This document shows, piece by piece, positions 15,752-20,000 of a stretch of DNA of 20,000 nt (position 1 is the stretch's first letter; every line of letters starts with the position of its first letter). The position numbers and the translations under genes were made by a program. The stretch comes from an uncultured virus (IMG/VR IMGVR_UViG_3300012988_000018) (lineage: Duplodnaviria > Heunggongvirae > Uroviricota > Caudoviricetes). The stretch is from IMG/VR virus record IMGVR_UViG_3300012988_000018. One strand, written 5' to 3'. The notes under the pieces were generated by a model. That model was not told where the DNA came from. It did no database searches and saw only the letters and a program-made list of their open reading frames with translations.

Positions 15752-17431
15752 TCAGGGACTAGAAAGCGACTTCGAAAAGTCTGATGGAAACAGCGACTTG
15801 TTGCGCTGGTAGAAGTAGTCCCAATCCTCATCGAGGATGTATGAAGTGGCGTGATCCGTGTCGTTTCTGATGCTACGACCCATCGCCTGGATGACAGACT
15901 TGACCGTCTGGAACGGGTACCACTTTGGGTCTCGTGACTTTCTCTTCTTGACAACCTTGTCTCCCAGGTAAGGAAACGGGACCTTGCAAAGTATCTGGAA
16001 ACGGCTTGCGTCGTCAGCCAGGTCGACTCCTTCCATCATGCTCGGTGACAGCAACACAGTCGGCTTCGTTCCGTTGACATGGTTCTTGAGGACCTGATCC
16101 CTGTTCTCTGAGTTATGAATCAGCAACCTGTCTGACTTCACGTTCTCATACAGGTACTGAGCGATCTTGAAATTGACACAATGAACGATCCCCTTGTCGT
16201 TAGCATGCTGTTCCATGAGCATCTTGACGACCTCTGTCATCTTGGGTAGCGTCGACTGTATGTTGTCCATCGACATCTTACCGGTCGGCAAGAAGTGTAT
16301 GGGTCTGTTCTCGACCGGAAACGGTGACGGGATCCTGAGAAACGCAACGTCAGACGGGTTTAAGCCTATCGTCCTGCAGAACACGTCGCGGTCGACGACG
16401 GTCGCTGACATCAGCAACACTCGCGATCCGAACCCATACAACATGTCGTACCCGTAGCTCGAGACGTCGATCGGTTTGAACTCATACCGGCGCTGGGCGC
16501 GAGCTCCAGCTGGTGGCTCGACGACGTTCATCACCCAGTTCTCAGCATTGAACGATGTGATGAACCGATTGACCTTACAGATGTGCTTGTCAAGCATCTC
16601 GTATTGTTTGCTGTACTCTCCGAACCCAGCCATGCCCGAGCTAAAACGACTCTCGAGTGCCTTTTCGAGTCTCTGGAGGTGCTTCGCCAGCGTAGGTTGG
16701 TATGTCTTCCTGATCCATTCGAACACGATCAGCGCTCGCTTCTCTTCGTCGCCCTTCAGGGTCGGCAGCTTGCATTTCAGGACCTCCTTTGCGAACTTTT
16801 CAGAGAAGGTTACTTCGATGAACTTGCCGAGCTCGGCCTCGATGTTGTGACACTCGTCGATGACTAACATCTGTCGAGGCTTGATCGTTTTAGCGTACAT
16901 CGTTTCAGCCAAGAAGTACGAGAAGTTCGTGATGCTGATCATCGATTGCATGAAAGCATCTTTCTCAATCTTGTACGGGCACTGTTGTTGACAACACTTC
17001 CAAAAGTCAGTGCCGACTAATTGCTTGCCCAGTTTGCTCAGGATCCTTCGTGACTCACCGCAATTTTGGTCCTTGTAAAAGTTGCACGTGAAATTGCTGC
17101 TCGACTTGATGCTGCACAGCAGGTTTTTCCTGCCAGGGCCAAAGTCGTTAACGTACTGCTCTTGAAGGACTTTTTGGGTCGTCAACACGTACGCGCCAGC
17201 GGCGTTGCTTGCCTCTTCCGTGCTCATGAGATCCGGACGAGGGTTTGCAGCTAGGTATCGCGCGATCGTTATCCCTGTTGCTGACTTCCCACAGCCGGTT
17301 CCCATCTCAAGGATGACGAACCTCTTTCCTTCGACAAGATACGCGTCAAGAGCAAACTCGATAGCCTGTCGTTGTTCGTCTCTGATTTTTGAGAACGGAA
17401 AGAAACCATCGTAGCTGTGCTTTGACACCAT
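15752..17431 (-). CDS. DinG/YoaA/XPD-family SF2 ATP-dependent DNA helicase
   Basis: 559 aa. Q motif RDEQ, Walker A GTGCGKS, Cys cluster (FTC...NCG...KCC..CPY) at the Fe-S position, DECH, MSAT, EGVD, KVPFP, QAMGRSIR. Confidence 0.92.
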   Translation of the reverse strand: MVSKHSYDGFFPFSKIRDEQRQAIEFALDAYLVEGKRFVILEMGTGCGKSATGITIARYLAANPRPDLMSTEEASNAAGAYVLTTQKVLQEQYVNDFGPGRKNLLCSIKSSSNFTCNFYKDQNCGESRRILSKLGKQLVGTDFWKCCQQQCPYKIEKDAFMQSMISITNFSYFLAETMYAKTIKPRQMLVIDECHNIEAELGKFIEVTFSEKFAKEVLKCKLPTLKGDEEKRALIVFEWIRKTYQPTLAKHLQRLEKALESRFSSGMAGFGEYSKQYEMLDKHICKVNRFITSFNAENWVMNVVEPPAGARAQRRYEFKPIDVSSYGYDMLYGFGSRVLLMSATVVDRDVFCRTIGLNPSDVAFLRIPSPFPVENRPIHFLPTGKMSMDNIQSTLPKMTEVVKMLMEQHANDKGIVHCVNFKIAQYLYENVKSDRLLIHNSENRDQVLKNHVNGTKPTVLLSPSMMEGVDLADDASRFQILCKVPFPYLGDKVVKKRKSRDPKWYPFQTVKSVIQAMGRSIRNDTDHATSYILDEDWDYFYQRNKSLFPSDFSKSLSSP

Positions 17432-17466
17432 GCAGTCACACTACATCACGTCAAGGCGGTACTACA

Positions 17467-18087
17467 CTACTTCTTTAGCTTGACATCGCCGATAATGCGA
17501 TCGACGATTCCCATCCGAATTGCTTCATCGGCGGTGATGTAATAATCGTGACCAGCTTTCATGATATCTTCGATCTCTTCGAGCTTTAGGTTCGTCTCCG
17601 CGGCGAGCGAGTTGACCATCAGATCATGAAGTCGACGGTGTTCTTTCGTCTCATGCATCACTTCAAAGACGTTTCCGATCGCACCACCAGAAACTGGGTG
17701 CATCATGATGCGAGCAGACTTTCCGATCATTCGCTTACCTTTTTCGCCAGCTGCGAGCAACAGGACTCCTGCAGACATCACCTTGCCCAGGGCGATCGTG
17801 TGAACCTGGCACGGTAGGAATTTCACCGTGTCATAAAGGCTGAACATCTCATCGACGGAACCTCCGTACGTTGACACGACCATGTATATCGGATCCCTGC
17901 TGATGTTAGCGAGGTGTAGAAGTTGGGCGATGACCGCAGAGATCGTATGTTCGTTAACGTCACCATGCAACACGACGATCCTTGAGTTGTCGGGCTGCTG
18001 GGCCATCATGAACTGTTCTAACGCATCAGGACCGTTTGCGCTAGGAACGTTTCGTTTCGTGGCGCTCTCAAGTGTTGGACGACCCAT
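17467..18087 (-). CDS. clpP: ATP-dependent Clp protease proteolytic subunit
   Basis: 206 aa. RIVVLHGDV, STYGGSV, catalytic Ser in VMSAG, His in IMMHP, Asp in HDYYITADEAIRMGIVD; SD GAGGGAG. Confidence 0.92.
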   Translation of the reverse strand: MGRPTLESATKRNVPSANGPDALEQFMMAQQPDNSRIVVLHGDVNEHTISAVIAQLLHLANISRDPIYMVVSTYGGSVDEMFSLYDTVKFLPCQVHTIALGKVMSAGVLLLAAGEKGKRMIGKSARIMMHPVSGGAIGNVFEVMHETKEHRRLHDLMVNSLAAETNLKLEEIEDIMKAGHDYYITADEAIRMGIVDRIIGDVKLKK

Positions 18088-18328
18088 TTAACTCTCCCTC
18101 TTCGACTTGACCTGACAGGAAGATCCTCTTTCCAGTTACGTCATTGACGACTGACGTTATCGCTTGTGCGTGTTCGTGATTTTCAAGCTCCTGTGCTAGG
18201 AGATATATGATGAACGTCTTCTGGCGTTCAGTGATTCCAAGCAACGAGATCTCTCTGACCAGTTGTCGACAGATCAAGTTTTCTTCAGCTAGCTTTTCAG
18301 AGTTTAGCTTACCATACATCGTTGTCAT
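18068..18328 (-). CDS. Hypothetical helical protein
   Basis: 86-aa ORF; ATGA overlap with the upstream gene and a 20-nt overlap with clpP. Confidence 0.75.
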   Translation of the reverse strand: MTTMYGKLNSEKLAEENLICRQLVREISLLGITERQKTFIIYLLAQELENHEHAQAITSVVNDVTGKRIFLSGQVEEGELNGSSNT

Positions 18329-18792
18329 TTGACGACCTCGGCTCGTTCGTATGTTTCGATCTTGAACATCTTTTCTCCCAGCAAACGAATGTACTTTCCT
18401 TGCTTCGTGTCGCCTTCAGTGTCTGACGTTAACACGACAAAGTTGCCCCATTGTTGGGTCTCAAAAATGAACTGCACGGCCTCCCAAGTGGGAAGGTCAG
18501 CATGATTGTTTTCCAGCACGGCAACAAGTTGTTCGGGCAGTGATGACTTGATGTCATCGACTGACAGTATGGAACCCATCGCTTCACGACCTTGGATGAT
18601 CTCAGAGCGACCTATTTCCGTGACTCGGTGTATCACGCCGCAGTTTGTGCATTGGGCAAATTTGGGTTTGACGACGTTGTCGTCGCCAATGACAGAGAAA
18701 ACAGTGAACTGGTGTTGCAAGGGATGGACGGCATGTTTGAACTGTGGCAACACACACCGACACTTGACCAGATGTTTTTGACCCGAACTCAC
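18325..18792 (-). CDS. Hypothetical protein with putative zinc ribbon
   Basis: 155 aa, GTG start with SD GAGG; KHLVKCRC ... AQCTNCGVIH. Confidence 0.8.
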   Translation of the reverse strand: MSSGQKHLVKCRCVLPQFKHAVHPLQHQFTVFSVIGDDNVVKPKFAQCTNCGVIHRVTEIGRSEIIQGREAMGSILSVDDIKSSLPEQLVAVLENNHADLPTWEAVQFIFETQQWGNFVVLTSDTEGDTKQGKYIRLLGEKMFKIETYERAEVVK

Positions 18793-18825
18793 GTTCGTAC
18801 CTCTACTGTTTCAGAAACGCAAAGA

Positions 18826-18841
18826 GACCCTTGAAGGGTTT
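18826..18841. terminator. Short hairpin, possible weak terminator/attenuator
   Basis: ACCCT-TGA-AGGGT just past the stop at 18847, followed on the minus strand by CUCUUUGCGUUU. Confidence 0.3.
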
Positions 18842-18846
18842 GAAGG

Positions 18847-19116
18847 TCACTTTTTTTTCGCGGTCAGCGGAGGCAACTCTGCCTCAGACACGGCCTCAGA
18901 GATGCACGTGTTGACGCTATTCATGAAGTTCTTGTGACCGCGATGGTAGCCTTCGTCTGCAGACGCTGCGATGAGTGACAGCAGTTTTTCGACGCTGGCA
19001 GCTTCGATCTTCAGCTGACCCCCGCGAATCGCGTTGACCAGATTTTGAGCCACGGTGTCCTTGACGCTCTCGTGGAGTGTCCATGATGTTTTACCGATCT
19101 TGTCTCGAGGTTGCAT
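18847..19116 (-). CDS. Hypothetical protein (89 aa; start corrected from 19227)
   Basis: ATG 19116 (MQPRDKIGK...) has SD AAGGGA and a promoter directly upstream. The longer track version would overlap the divergent gene. Confidence 0.75.
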   Translation of the reverse strand: MQPRDKIGKTSWTLHESVKDTVAQNLVNAIRGGQLKIEAASVEKLLSLIAASADEGYHRGHKNFMNSVNTCISEAVSEAELPPLTAKKK

Positions 19117-19136
19117 GTTGGATCCCTTACTGTCTG

Positions 19137-19166
19137 ATAGTACCTGCCTACTTAGAAGAAGTAAAC
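19137..19166 (-). promoter_or_regulatory. Sigma70-like promoter for the leftward operon leading to clpP
   Basis: GTTTACT (19166-19160), 17 nt, TACTAT (19142-19137). Confidence 0.6.
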
Positions 19167-19182
19167 ACTCGGAGAACCGTTG

Positions 19183-20000
19183 ATGGCAAGAACGCTCAAA
19201 GAACAGTACGAAATCAAGAAGCTTCAACAGCGACTGAGGCCAATCGATCAGAAACTGATGATCGAGCTGAGCATGTCAGACAACGATATGCTGATCTTTG
19301 AGGCATTCAACAAGCAACAGATGAGTGACGCAATCAAGATCGTCAAGCAGCTGAAAGCGATTAACTTCGGTCCCCTGACGACGCTTTCACAGGCACGGGA
19401 CGCCGCAGTCAATGACGTGACCAAGGCGCTGGCTGGTAGTAAGGATCAAGGAATCATTCGAAAGATCGTCAACCTTTTCAAGGGAGGAAAAGAGAACCCT
19501 CTCGTCGATGCGTTAGCATTTTGTGACGCGCTCAACAACTTCTTTGGCCAGTTCTCACAGTACGTCACCGCTTTGGGTAGTGACAAAGCAGACCAACCCC
19601 TGTCGACCATCGTCACAGGCAAAGATCCTGAGGAGCTCGCAGACCTTACAGCTGTTAATAGCCTCGGTGGAAAAGAGAAGGGTAATCTCAGGAACATGCA
19701 AAAGGTCATCGTCAACGGTTTGAAGCCGAATGGCGCGATCGGCAAACTTAGTAAAAACTGGATCGACAAATACCTTAAGGGAAAGAAGGGGCTTCAGACC
19801 CTAGCACGGGATCTACTCAAGATGTCACCTAACGACATCAACAAGATCAGCGAGACGGTGACAAGCAATCTAAAAAACGCAGAAGCGATCGGACAGGCGG
19901 CAGCAGGCGCGTCCCAACAAGCGACCGTCGGCTCGAACCCTACCACTGGTAGCAACGCATCAGGAGCATCACAGCCTGAGCAAGGAAGCGTCAGCAGCAA
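19183..20000 (+). CDS. Partial hypothetical protein (runs off right edge), helical with an Ala/Ser/Gly/Gln-rich linker
   Basis: Not in ORF track because it has no stop in the window. SD GGAG at 19171-19174. My translation is open for 272 codons: MARTLKEQYEIKKLQQRLRPIDQKLMIELSMSDNDMLIFEAFNKQQ...GASQQATVGSNPTTGSNASGASQPEQGSVSS. Confidence 0.85.
   Translation, partial: MARTLKEQYEIKKLQQRLRPIDQKLMIELSMSDNDMLIFEAFNKQQMSDAIKIVKQLKAINFGPLTTLSQARDAAVNDVTKALAGSKDQGIIRKIVNLFKGGKENPLVDALAFCDALNNFFGQFSQYVTALGSDKADQPLSTIVTGKDPEELADLTAVNSLGGKEKGNLRNMQKVIVNGLKPNGAIGKLSKNWIDKYLKGKKGLQTLARDLLKMSPNDINKISETVTSNLKNAEAIGQAAAGASQQATVGSNPTTGSNASGASQPEQGSVSS

Noticed and set aside
15752..17431. CasDinG / type IV CRISPR system
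   Set aside because: No cas genes or repeat-spacer array in the window; the helicase fits a generic DinG/XPD type.
17467..18087. ClpP as prohead maturation protease
   Set aside because: It is not next to portal or capsid genes here and looks like a stand-alone cellular-type ClpP. That role cannot be fully excluded.
609..18834. Many short plus-strand and nested ORFs in the track
   Set aside because: They are antisense or out-of-frame shadows of longer genes with no motifs or RBS. Only 14692-14979 is supported.
1..20000. Alternative genetic code (stop-codon reassignment)
   Set aside because: Long ORFs are intact in the standard code, and TAG, TGA and TAA all end genes at sensible boundaries.
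19117..20000. N-terminal extension to 19227 and minus-strand ORFs 19446-19769 and 19794-20000
   Set aside because: They conflict with the long plus-strand gene starting at 19183 and with the promoter/SD before ATG 19116.

Overview
Gene-dense segment of a large dsDNA tailed-phage (jumbo/huge-phage-like) genome read in the standard genetic code; almost all genes are on the minus strand. Left part (281-12949): a tightly packed putative virion-structure operon (336, 830, 1369, 674, 238 and ~410-423 aa proteins, with tail-collar/baseplate-like and FnIII-like motifs). One complete Vsr/DUF559-type homing endonuclease gene is inserted in it, and the zinc-finger N-terminus of a probable second one lies at the left edge. 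Right part (12989-19116): a 64-aa tandem-repeat microprotein, PIN-PhoH, a divergent small Cys-rich protein made of only a sigma70 region-4-like HTH, a Pro/Lys/Glu-rich disordered protein, an Hc1 histone-H1-like protein, a DinG/XPD-family helicase, ClpP and three hypothetical proteins. A plus-strand gene missing from the ORF track starts at 19183 and runs off the window. Most notable: a probable ATC start whose RBS is supplied by the endonuclease gene, recurring TTTAC/-10 promoters that would give leaderless endonuclease transcripts, a tail-collar-like fold apparently spread over several genes, and a candidate host-takeover cassette. All functional calls come from motif recognition by eye; no searches were run.
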